This document shows positions 29,862 to 39,133 of a stretch of 49,795 nt of DNA, one piece after another; position 1 is the stretch's first letter; each line of letters opens with the position of its first letter. The translations under genes were made by a program, and so were the position numbers. Below the pieces are notes generated by a model that saw only the letters and a list, made by a program, of their open reading frames with translations, searched no databases and was not told the origin of the DNA. Source of the stretch: an uncultured archaeon (GTDB lineage: Archaea; Asgardarchaeota; Heimdallarchaeia; Heimdallarchaeales; Heimdallarchaeaceae); NCBI GenBank assembly GCA_964549075.1, contig CAZJUB010000014.1:1-49795 (forward strand), given 5' to 3'.

Positions 29862-30881
29862 ATGGATAAAGGTAGACTACTTGAAGCTGAAATTGTTGCA
29901 GGTAAAAGGAATCCTTCAGTCTATTCTAGTCTATCAGAGGGAATGAGTTATTATGAGATTAAGAAGCAAACAGAATTAGCTATTGACGTAGACAATATGC
30001 CAGCAATTCAAGGTATGGCTATATCAAACAAATTTGCTGTAGCAGAAGCTCTTAACTCAAAAAAAGGCTACACAATGATAGCTCGAAGAGCTTCAAAAGG
30101 TGACAGTAGTGCCCCTGAATTATTTTTCATGTTACGTACAGCTTTAGATGATAGAATGCGTCCTGTATTCCGTAGACTAGCCAGACAGGTGATAATGACA
30201 ACTGCTACAGGCATTACCAGTCAAGGTATCAGAGGAGAGGTCTTTGAACAAACCGAATATGAAATAGGATTGGATGAATTTGATCTTGATGAAACCATGG
30301 AACGCTTTCTTGAGAATAGGAGTCGTATTCTAAACACTGAAGACATTGTCAGTTTAGAGAGAAAGGAACGAACGAAGACAGCTGTATTAATGTTTGATAC
30401 TTCTGGTTCTCTTTATGGGGAACGATTTACTACTGCTGCACTAACTGTTGCTGTTATGGCCCATAATCTTGCTAGAGACAATTTCAGTGTGGTTTTATTT
30501 AACACAAAAGCCTACACAATAAAACGAATGAAAGAGAAGTTGAATTCAGACGAGCTAATTAACCGTATTCTAGAAAGTGAAAGTGCTGGCTATACAAATA
30601 TCGCAGAAGGATTAAGGTTTGGAGGACTTGAGTTAGATAAAATAAAGAAGAAAAATAAATTTGGGGTTCTAGTTACTGATGGTGCGTTTAATAGAGGTGG
30701 AGATCCCCGACAACTTTTGAAGTACTTCCCTAAACTTCATGTTATTTCTCTTCCAAGTAAGCATGATTGGGGAAGACGTGTTTGTAAAGATCTTGCTAGA
30801 TTAGGTAGAGGAAAATATGCTGAAGTATCAAGTCATAAACAAATACCAAGAATTCTTATGAAACTCCTTAGAGAATTATAA
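29862..30881 (+). CDS. von Willebrand factor A domain protein (MoxR partner)
   Basis: MIDAS DTSGS, GYTNI, LVTDG; DLDETM motif; frame open upstream to 29748. Confidence 0.9.
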   Translation: MDKGRLLEAEIVAGKRNPSVYSSLSEGMSYYEIKKQTELAIDVDNMPAIQGMAISNKFAVAEALNSKKGYTMIARRASKGDSSAPELFFMLRTALDDRMRPVFRRLARQVIMTTATGITSQGIRGEVFEQTEYEIGLDEFDLDETMERFLENRSRILNTEDIVSLERKERTKTAVLMFDTSGSLYGERFTTAALTVAVMAHNLARDNFSVVLFNTKAYTIKRMKEKLNSDELINRILESESAGYTNIAEGLRFGGLELDKIKKKNKFGVLVTDGAFNRGGDPRQLLKYFPKLHVISLPSKHDWGRRVCKDLARLGRGKYAEVSSHKQIPRILMKLLREL

Positions 30882-30894
30882 ACAGGTGTAAAAA

Positions 30895-32919
30895 ATCCAA
30901 TCTAGCCAGTCAAGTAAAAAAAGACGGAAAAAAAATATTCCGTATCTCGGTCCAAATCTTTTATACTATTGTTATGATTGTTCTTTACCAACAATTGGTA
31001 TTAGTAAGTGCCCAATCTGTGGTAAAGATGTAAATAAGGTTCAACTTACACCTCCTTTTGACGTAAGACCTGCAATGCAAGAAGAAGTCCTAAAGATAAA
31101 GAATTTAATAGAAAATAACTTTGGAAAGAATACGAATATAATACAAGAAGAAGACATTATTTTACTCAACCATATTGGGTCTGAAGATCATATGGATGAG
31201 ATTATCTTTTATGGTAATAGTATCGGTACAAGAAGGTATGATCTAAAAAACAACAACTGGCAAATCAAACTTAATTCTAATGGACTATCACTGTTAGATT
31301 CAAAACTAACAAAGCGATGGGTAAAGGTAGATCAAGTAGCAAAAGAGAAAATATCTGAAGGAGCTAATGTTCTTATTCCAGGCGTAATTGATGCTGATTC
31401 AGAAATTAAAAATGGTGATTATATTGCAGTTGTGGATGAACAGTTTAATGTTATTGCTGGCGGAATTGCTAGAATAGATGAGGTGGACAGAAACAAACAA
31501 ACCAAAGGCGTATACGCTAAAAATTATCTGGCTGTGGGAAAACGGTATAAACCTAATAGAAACAATTTAACTTGGGAGGATATAATTGAGTTAAATAAAA
31601 AGGAGCTAGAGAAACTAGAAAATATTGCTATTGAATTCATAATTAAAATCAAGAATGATTTAGGTTTGCCAATAATGGTCTCTTACAGTGGTGGAAAAGA
31701 TAGTTTGGTTACATATGCGCTTGTCAATAAAGCATTACCTGAGACAGATTTCAAAGTCTTATTTGTTGATACAGGGATTGAGTTTCCAGAAACTGTAAAA
31801 TATGTTGAAGAAAGTAGTAAAAAACTCGGTTTTCATGATAAGTTAATCATTGAAAAAGTTTCAACTGAAGTTTTTTGGAAAGCATTCGAAATGTTTGGTC
31901 CTCCTGGAAGAGATTTCCGTTATTGCTGTAAATTTGCCAAATTAGCGCCTATCAAGAGAGCTATTGATAAAGTATTTGAAGGCAAACAATGTATAAGTTT
32001 TGTTGGACAAAGAAGATACGAATCATTTCAAAGAACAGGATCAGAGGTATGGCAAAATAGTTATGTCTCTAATCAGATTAATGTTTCACCCATTCAAAAT
32101 TGGAATTCTCTTATGATATGGATGTACATTAAATGGAAAGATTTACCTTATAATCCTCTTTATGATGTAGGTTATGAACGAATTGGTTGTTGGGTTTGTC
32201 CTTCTTCTAATATGGCACAATTAAGTATTCTTAGAGAAAATCATATTGAATTATACGAAAAACTTCGTACATCTGTAAATAAATGGAAAGACGAAAAAGG
32301 TTTATCGGAAGACTACTGGCGATATGGTCTTTGGAGATTCAAGAATATACCAAAAAAAATAATCAGTTCTTTATCACTTAATCTAAAAAATATGAAGAGT
32401 ATATCCCCTGTGAATGATCTTAGTACTCTTCAGATAGAATTAAGTGATTGCGTTACAATGCCGTTCAGTATTATAGGTAATTTTTCGAATGAGATCAATT
32501 TACAGAAGATTTACAGTGCTTTAATCATAATAGGTAGAGTACAATTAAATCAAAAACTAGGTTTCCTTAGGATTTTTAACAGAAAATACTCTATTGTTGT
32601 TTATTCGGATGGTACATTCAAAATCAATTTTCGTAAACAAGCAGACCTTACCTCTCTAGCTGTGCGTAAAGTTATAGAAAACTTTGTCTATGTTGTTTTG
32701 AGAGCGGTAGAATGTATCAATTGTAAGTTATGTGTTGGGAGATGCGATGTTGGTGCTCTAAGTATTCAAGATAATGTCATTTACGTAGACAAAGAAAGTT
32801 GTATACAATGTAACCAATGTTCAGAAGTTTGTCCAATTGTAACTATAGTTCATAGAAATCTAAGAGATAAGGTCAAAAACACCATGATGGAAAGTGAATT
32901 ACAACAATTTTTAAGTTGA
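30895..32919 (+). CDS. PAPS reductase family protein with N-terminal Zn ribbon, PUA and 4Fe-4S domains
   Basis: SYSGGKDS, DTGIEFPET, CCK..K..P, RIGCWVCP, GANVLIPGV (PUA), C-terminal ferredoxin; conserved N-terminus lies upstream of ATG 31075. Confidence 0.85.
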   Translation: MQSSQSSKKRRKKNIPYLGPNLLYYCYDCSLPTIGISKCPICGKDVNKVQLTPPFDVRPAMQEEVLKIKNLIENNFGKNTNIIQEEDIILLNHIGSEDHMDEIIFYGNSIGTRRYDLKNNNWQIKLNSNGLSLLDSKLTKRWVKVDQVAKEKISEGANVLIPGVIDADSEIKNGDYIAVVDEQFNVIAGGIARIDEVDRNKQTKGVYAKNYLAVGKRYKPNRNNLTWEDIIELNKKELEKLENIAIEFIIKIKNDLGLPIMVSYSGGKDSLVTYALVNKALPETDFKVLFVDTGIEFPETVKYVEESSKKLGFHDKLIIEKVSTEVFWKAFEMFGPPGRDFRYCCKFAKLAPIKRAIDKVFEGKQCISFVGQRRYESFQRTGSEVWQNSYVSNQINVSPIQNWNSLMIWMYIKWKDLPYNPLYDVGYERIGCWVCPSSNMAQLSILRENHIELYEKLRTSVNKWKDEKGLSEDYWRYGLWRFKNIPKKIISSLSLNLKNMKSISPVNDLSTLQIELSDCVTMPFSIIGNFSNEINLQKIYSALIIIGRVQLNQKLGFLRIFNRKYSIVVYSDGTFKINFRKQADLTSLAVRKVIENFVYVVLRAVECINCKLCVGRCDVGALSIQDNVIYVDKESCIQCNQCSEVCPIVTIVHRNLRDKVKNTMMESELQQFLS

Positions 32920-32980
32920 AAAATCATTATCTCTAATCATAACATTTTTTTATACAGATTTTGAGCTTGCTTTGATAATT

Positions 32981-33400
32981 ATGCCAGCAAACCCAAATCG
33001 TGAATTTCTGCTTGAATTAAGCGGGCTTGTAAATAAGAGAGTAAAAGTCACTATGAACAATGGTAAAATATATACTGGTGTTTTACGTGGGATACAAGAT
33101 GAATCTCTTAATGTAGTATTAGCTGATGCCAACTGTGACAAAGAGTACTATTACAGAGTTTTCATAACAGGAAACAATATTATGGAAATAACTCTAGCTG
33201 AAGAACCTTTTGACTTGCAAGGTTTAGCAAATGAACTAGCTCAGATGTTTCAACCTCAAAATGTTAAGGTTATTGAAGAAGCTGCTATAATTCGAGTTTT
33301 GGATAGATTTACTGTGAGTGAAGATGGTGTGGAAGGTACAGGACCAATCTCAGCAAGAATTCAGAAGATCTATGACAAATACAAAGCTGAAAAAGCTTAA
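32981..33400 (+). CDS. Sm/Lsm-like RNA-binding protein with C-terminal extension (SmAP3 type)
   Basis: V.V...NGK.YTG.L.G.....LNVVL.DA, ITG.NI.EI; C-terminal V.EDGVEGTGP. Confidence 0.87.
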   Translation: MPANPNREFLLELSGLVNKRVKVTMNNGKIYTGVLRGIQDESLNVVLADANCDKEYYYRVFITGNNIMEITLAEEPFDLQGLANELAQMFQPQNVKVIEEAAIIRVLDRFTVSEDGVEGTGPISARIQKIYDKYKAEKA

Positions 33401-33455
33401 CAATTACATTTAAGATATCTATTTTTATTTTTTTATTAATTATAGAGGTATAAAG

Positions 33456-35030
33456 ATGGATGAGATAATAGCTTCTGATATTCATGGAAGAGTAGGTAAA
33501 ATATCATTACCTAATGGAGAGGTGGTGACACCTACTCTATTACCCGTGATAGATCCGAAAGAAAATATTATTCCTCCACAAGATATGATCGATAAATTTG
33601 GTTTTAACTTTGTAATAACAAGTGCTTACCTTTATTTCAAACGATTTGGAATGCCTTCAAATTCTGATGATATTCATAGAACTTTGGAGTATAATGGCAA
33701 TATAATGATGGATAGTGGGGCTTATCAAGTCCTTGTCTATGGTGATGTTGAAATAGACCCAATTCAATCGCTTACTATTCAAACCAATTTAAAAACTGAT
33801 GTAGGTGTTATTCTGGATGTACCTACACCACCTACAGACACCTATACACAAGCAAAAGAAAAAGTAGAGGAGACTATTCGTCGTATTGGAATATCTTTAC
33901 CTTATATTGATAACCACCCAGAAACCATCTGGACATTACCTATACAGGGAGGAAAGAACACTCATCTGGTAAAACAGTATATACAAACTGTCAAGCAAGA
34001 GAATTATCTAAACAGTTTCAACTTCCATGCACTTGGTAGTGTAGCGCCAATAATGTCTCAATATGATTTTACTAGCCTTTTTTCAATGATTAAAACAGCA
34101 AGGGAATTACTTCCTTATAATATCCCTTTCCATTTATTTGGAGCTGGACATCCTATGATTTTTCCTTTTGTGGTGGCACTTGGTTGTGATACTTTTGATA
34201 GTGCAGCATATATATTGTATGCAAAGGAGAACCGTTATATGACTACTTCTGGAACCTATCATCTTTCAGATATGATAGAGCTTCCTTGTTCGTGTGAAGT
34301 TTGTTCCAAATGGACGCCCAAGGAATTATTGGAAGCAGATAATGAATCTAGAACTAGAGAGATTGCTTTGCACAATTTATATGTTTCATCTGCCGAAATT
34401 AAAAACATTAGAGTCTGTATAAATGATGGAAATCTTTGGGAATTATTGGAAAGAAGATCAAAATCTCACCCATCTCTATATAGAGCTTTCAAATATGTGA
34501 TAAATGAATTCAAAGGAGACTTTCTGGAATACTCTACTCCTATAACTAAGCAAACTGGTTTGAAAATCTATGATGAAGATTCCTTTTATAGACCAGAATA
34601 CACACGAGCTAGAACGAAAATATGTGATTCCTTTAAGCCAAAAAGCTCAAAGCTAGTTGTTATTGTATCATCGGGACGAAAGAATCCAACAGAATTTCTT
34701 TATTCCAGACCTAATGTCAAGAAAATTATTACGGATAAATCTGACGAATATGATTTTGCTTTTTTGGTACCTTTCATAGGATTATTACCTATAGAGCTAG
34801 TAGAAACCTTTCCATTCAGTCAATATGTTTTTTCCTCAGTAGTATCAGAGGAAATGCTAAGGAATCTTTGGTTTGAAATAAGCCGATTCATTACAAAAAT
34901 GAACTACAAAGAAAATATCATTTGTCTTGTAGAAAAAGAAGAAACTGTTGAAGATATAAGTTCTCATATTTTATCCAAATTTGATGTGGAATCAATCCCA
35001 TATAAATTAAAAACTATTTCTGAGCTTTAA
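33456..35030 (+). CDS. tgtA: Archaeosine tRNA-guanine(15) transglycosylase
   Basis: TP.LLPV, MMDSGAYQ, PIQGG, HLFGAGHP, GCDTFDSAAY, CSCEVC, HNL; no PUA domain evident. Confidence 0.94.
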   Translation: MDEIIASDIHGRVGKISLPNGEVVTPTLLPVIDPKENIIPPQDMIDKFGFNFVITSAYLYFKRFGMPSNSDDIHRTLEYNGNIMMDSGAYQVLVYGDVEIDPIQSLTIQTNLKTDVGVILDVPTPPTDTYTQAKEKVEETIRRIGISLPYIDNHPETIWTLPIQGGKNTHLVKQYIQTVKQENYLNSFNFHALGSVAPIMSQYDFTSLFSMIKTARELLPYNIPFHLFGAGHPMIFPFVVALGCDTFDSAAYILYAKENRYMTTSGTYHLSDMIELPCSCEVCSKWTPKELLEADNESRTREIALHNLYVSSAEIKNIRVCINDGNLWELLERRSKSHPSLYRAFKYVINEFKGDFLEYSTPITKQTGLKIYDEDSFYRPEYTRARTKICDSFKPKSSKLVVIVSSGRKNPTEFLYSRPNVKKIITDKSDEYDFAFLVPFIGLLPIELVETFPFSQYVFSSVVSEEMLRNLWFEISRFITKMNYKENIICLVEKEETVEDISSHILSKFDVESIPYKLKTISEL

Positions 35031-35068
35031 AACCAATCGAGTTTTTATAGTCTATTTTAAATAAGAAT

Positions 35069-36019
35069 ATGATGAGTAGTGAAAATAAAAAATCTTACAA
35101 TGAACCTCCTCAACCAGGTACGACTATAATTTTTCTTGAAGGGGAGATCTTATCTGTTAAAATCAATCAGTGGGGATTCTTTGGAAATTTAAAGACAAAA
35201 TATGGTACTTATAATTACAAATTAAAAGATTCAACTTCTGCAACCAATGATATTATTGTTGGATTAAAACTAGTTATAACAAATGGATATTGCTATGAGA
35301 ATAAAAAGAAGGAAATTGTAGTGTCTGATGGTAAATTTGGAGAAATTAGTACTGAAATTGAAAAAAAACATATTCAACTGTTAAATCATGATAATACGAT
35401 TTTAATTGGTAGAATCACAAATATAACACAGAAGGAGAATTTAAGTACAATATTAGTAGAAATTCCTTATCCCCCTTTTACTCAATATAAAATTACTATT
35501 GACAATGATAAATCTAAGCAGCTTTCAAGTATAACAAATAACCTCAATCTCTTTGTAAATAAACTGACAAGAATTGAAGGTACAGGAGATTTTGATGATT
35601 TACTAGTTACAAAAATTGAGTTACTTAATGAGAGTCATTTTTTGCATAAATTAATTGAATTGAAAAATAAAGAGGCATCACGAAATACATTGGAGTTCAG
35701 TAAAATCATCCTTGATCAGATAAATAATATAGGAAATTTTCACACCACTTTCAAAGATATTCTCTTTAATATGAGAGGAGAAGTATCAAAGAACCTTTTA
35801 GATGACCTAAGTAAGTTACTTTTGTCTAAAATATTAGATGGAGAAATGAGATTTCCATATAATATTCTTATCTCGAAATATGAAATAGACAAATATTTTG
35901 ATTCCATGATAAAACACGCTAGAGACATAATTTATGGTAACTCAAATTTATCTAATCCCGAAGAATTAGTAGCTTATTTAAGATATTATTATCCAGCTTT
36001 TAAAAGTGAAGAAAATTAA
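35069..36019 (+). CDS. Hypothetical protein, possibly OB-fold
   Basis: 316-aa ORF; LEGEILSV and LIGRITNI beta-strand patterns suggest OB folds. Confidence 0.55.
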   Translation: MMSSENKKSYNEPPQPGTTIIFLEGEILSVKINQWGFFGNLKTKYGTYNYKLKDSTSATNDIIVGLKLVITNGYCYENKKKEIVVSDGKFGEISTEIEKKHIQLLNHDNTILIGRITNITQKENLSTILVEIPYPPFTQYKITIDNDKSKQLSSITNNLNLFVNKLTRIEGTGDFDDLLVTKIELLNESHFLHKLIELKNKEASRNTLEFSKIILDQINNIGNFHTTFKDILFNMRGEVSKNLLDDLSKLLLSKILDGEMRFPYNILISKYEIDKYFDSMIKHARDIIYGNSNLSNPEELVAYLRYYYPAFKSEEN

Positions 36020-36032
36020 AACAATAAAGGTG

Positions 36033-36347
36033 TTATTTCCTTTCAATGGCTATCTCGATGTGAACATCTTCAGGAACATGAATTCTCATTAGAAGACGCA
36101 TACTCTTTTCTTCTGCATCCATATCAATTATTCTTTTATGAAGCTTCATTTCAAGATGATCATAAGTAGCTGTACCATTTCCACATGGAGACTTTCTGAC
36201 TGGAAGTACAATTCTTTTTGAAGGTAGTGGAATTGGTCCTCTAATACGTACTCCTGTTCTTTCGGCTATCTTTTGTATTTGATTGCAGATTCTTTGTAAG
36301 GAGTGTGGGTCATTACCTAATAGTTTGATTCTAGCTCTTTGAGCCAT
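36033..36347 (-). CDS. rps10: 30S ribosomal protein S10
   Basis: RARIKL, GPIPLP, RKSPCGNG, HKRIID. Confidence 0.97.
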   Translation of the reverse strand: MAQRARIKLLGNDPHSLQRICNQIQKIAERTGVRIRGPIPLPSKRIVLPVRKSPCGNGTATYDHLEMKLHKRIIDMDAEEKSMRLLMRIHVPEDVHIEIAIERK

Positions 36348-36450
36348 TGTTTCACCTTTTGTAAAAAAGTTGTGTGGGTTTTAAGAAGATTTCGTTTAAG
36401 TAAGAAATTAGATTAATAATATTGAAAGAAAGAAAAACATTTTTAGCTAA

Positions 36451-36864
36451 CTAGAAGGAGTTAGATGGAGGAGTCAGATGACCTTCGATTTCTTTTAACC
36501 TTTTTTCTAAGTGTTCAATTCGTTTGACTATTTGTATTAATGTTTCTTCAACTGCAGACATAGATAATTCTGTGCTCTGCTGTGAAGCAACAGCTGCAGC
36601 TGCAGATGCTGACACTTCCTTAAACAAGATATTAGCTTGCTCAGTAATTTCTTTGGTAATTTGATCAAGCATGAAATCATTCAAGTAAAGATTTACTTCA
36701 GCAACCACAGTTTTGATGTTCTCATGAATACCTCTTTCACTCAAATCTTTAACTCCTACCTCAGCCTCCACTATTTCATCTAGTTTGATTTGAAGCATCC
36801 ATTGACCTTTTACATTCATCAAAGCTATAGAATATCTAGTTCCTGGAATTTTTGTTTCATACAT
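36451..36864 (-). CDS. Hypothetical protein with C-terminal coiled coil
   Basis: 137-aa ORF with GAGG upstream; IVKRIEHLEKRLKEIE heptads. Confidence 0.65.
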   Translation of the reverse strand: MYETKIPGTRYSIALMNVKGQWMLQIKLDEIVEAEVGVKDLSERGIHENIKTVVAEVNLYLNDFMLDQITKEITEQANILFKEVSASAAAAVASQQSTELSMSAVEETLIQIVKRIEHLEKRLKEIEGHLTPPSNSF

Positions 36865-37033
36865 ATTATACCCTCAAATATGGTTTTATTAAACGCTAAA
36901 TCACTTGTCAGTTTTATTTAAATAATTATTATAGACTATAACTTTCAAACTTAAAACGTTAACGGAAATCCCGAATTTTAATGACTAAATTAAGATAAAT
37001 CTTTAAACCTCTAAATGATTTATACAAACAAGT

Positions 37034-39028
37034 ATGAGCTCTTACATCAAGAACATCTCCAATTCAATGTCTAATAAAGAAAATATACGTAATATTAGTA
37101 TCGTAAGCCACGTAGACCATGGCAAAACTACATTATCCGATCATTTATTGCAAGCTGGAGGTTTAATTTCTAGAACTATGGCAGGGACAGCACGAGCTCT
37201 AGATTTTCTAGAAGAAGAGCAAAGAAGAGGTATTACCATTAAAACAGCAAATATATCATTTATATATAATGCTGAAAATAAAGGCATTTTAGTAAATTTA
37301 GTCGATACACCAGGTCATGTAGATTTTTCTGGGATGGTATCACAAGCACTAAGACTGGTTGATGGAGTTGTTATTGTCGTTGATGCAGTAGAACAAGTTA
37401 TGGCTCAAACTGAATCAGTGATTAAACAAGCTATGAATGAATGTTTAAAACCTATTCTTTTCATTAACAAAGTGGATAGACTGATAAACGAATTAAAATT
37501 ACCTAAGAACGAAATTGAGACAAGGGTCAATAATATTATCCAAATGGTAAATGAGCTAATTGAACAATATGCTCCAGAATTGTTTAAACAAAAATGGAAA
37601 GTAAGATTTGATAATGGTACAGTCTTGATTGGTTCAGCATTAAACGGCTGGGTAATTTCTAAATATTCTAAGAAAATACTCCCTTTTGAAAAAATAATTG
37701 AATATCATTTAAAAGATCAGGTAGACATTTTAAAATCTGAATTTCCTGTTATTAACTCTTTCATGGAGTCGATTATAGAAAACATACCTAATCCACAAAT
37801 TGGGCAAGAAAACCGTTCCCATTTCATAACACAATTTATGGATCAACAATCTGAAATAGCATTGAATAGTTGTAAAGATACTGGACCAACGATTATTTGC
37901 TTAGGCAAACTTCTCCATGAAGATAATAGAGGATTAATTGCTGTTACCAGAGTTTTCTCAGGTTCTGTTAAATCTGGTTCTATGATTCTTAATAGAAGAA
38001 CTGGTGACGTGACTAGGATTCAGCAAGTTTGTATCTATAAAGGACAATCATTGATGACAATTGACTCAGTAGGAGCAGGGAATATTGCGGTTCTTATTGG
38101 ATTAAAAGATGTTCAAATTGGTGATACTTTCATCGATAATATATCAGATTTTCCAAACATTTTATTTAAACAAATTCCCTATCTTCAAGAATCGGTTATT
38201 TCTCAAAGAATTGAACCTAGGAGAATATCAGACATACCAAAACTAACGAAGATGTTAGAAATATTGTCGTTGATAAAACCAAATTTCAAATACAATGTTG
38301 ATGAAAATACAGGGGAAATCAAGATTTTTGGAATTGGAGAGTTACAACTCGAAATCATTCAAGGAGAAATACAAAAAGCGGATATTGCAGTGGATGTTTC
38401 CAATCCTGAAGTTACACTTGTTGAGCAAATTGACAAAGAAATATCTTTGCAAAAGAAAGATCAATTGGAACTTGTAAATATAGTCGTTAACTGTAAGCCT
38501 TCTATAAAGGATGAAATTGAAACTAAATATTGTGTATACCGCGATTACAAGGATAACTATCTTGAAGTTAAAAATGTGAACCCTACTGAAGAACTAAAAG
38601 ATTTGTTAAGAGAGGGTTTTAAAAACGCGGTTTTGAGAGGTCCACTTAAAGGATATCCTGTTAGAAAATTTCATTTAATAGTTGAGAGTATAGAAGAACT
38701 TGAACCTGAATCTCTTAGATATGAGATTATTATCCCACTCATTAGAAATGTTGTTTATGAAGCAATGTTAAATGCAAATGTTGGAGTGTATGAACCTATT
38801 TACAAATTTATAATAAATACACCTATTCATTATCTAGGTCCAGTATTAGCTGTTATTCAAAGATTTGGAAGTGAAATCGAAGAAACAGAACATTTAGCTT
38901 CAAGATCAATAATTAAAGGGGAAATAAGTGTGGAATCATCTTTACAAACTGCATCTGAGTTAAGATCAGCTTCTGAAGGATATGCCTTTTGGCAATATGA
39001 ATTCTTAGGATATAAAAGGAAGAAGTGA
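37034..39028 (+). CDS. Divergent elongation factor 2 paralog lacking the diphthamide histidine
   Basis: SHVDHGKTT, RGITI, DTPGHVDF, NKVD, RVFSG, GIGELQLE, GPL.GYPV, EPIY; 664 aa. Confidence 0.88.
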   Translation: MSSYIKNISNSMSNKENIRNISIVSHVDHGKTTLSDHLLQAGGLISRTMAGTARALDFLEEEQRRGITIKTANISFIYNAENKGILVNLVDTPGHVDFSGMVSQALRLVDGVVIVVDAVEQVMAQTESVIKQAMNECLKPILFINKVDRLINELKLPKNEIETRVNNIIQMVNELIEQYAPELFKQKWKVRFDNGTVLIGSALNGWVISKYSKKILPFEKIIEYHLKDQVDILKSEFPVINSFMESIIENIPNPQIGQENRSHFITQFMDQQSEIALNSCKDTGPTIICLGKLLHEDNRGLIAVTRVFSGSVKSGSMILNRRTGDVTRIQQVCIYKGQSLMTIDSVGAGNIAVLIGLKDVQIGDTFIDNISDFPNILFKQIPYLQESVISQRIEPRRISDIPKLTKMLEILSLIKPNFKYNVDENTGEIKIFGIGELQLEIIQGEIQKADIAVDVSNPEVTLVEQIDKEISLQKKDQLELVNIVVNCKPSIKDEIETKYCVYRDYKDNYLEVKNVNPTEELKDLLREGFKNAVLRGPLKGYPVRKFHLIVESIEELEPESLRYEIIIPLIRNVVYEAMLNANVGVYEPIYKFIINTPIHYLGPVLAVIQRFGSEIEETEHLASRSIIKGEISVESSLQTASELRSASEGYAFWQYEFLGYKRKK

Positions 39029-39047
39029 TTCTCTGTAAAATTTTAGC

Positions 39048-39106
39048 GGCTCAGAACTCAAGATCTTCAACATCTATTTCAGCCAAGGGCTAGATTCTTC
39101 ATTGCC
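39048..39106 (-). ncRNA. Box C/D methylation guide sRNA
   Basis: GGC-A-ATGAAGA (C)-13 nt-CTGA (D')-AATAG-ATGTTGA (C')-12 nt-CTGA (D)-GCC. Confidence 0.82.
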
Positions 39107-39133
39107 AGATAAAGATTAATTAAACTTGTTTTT

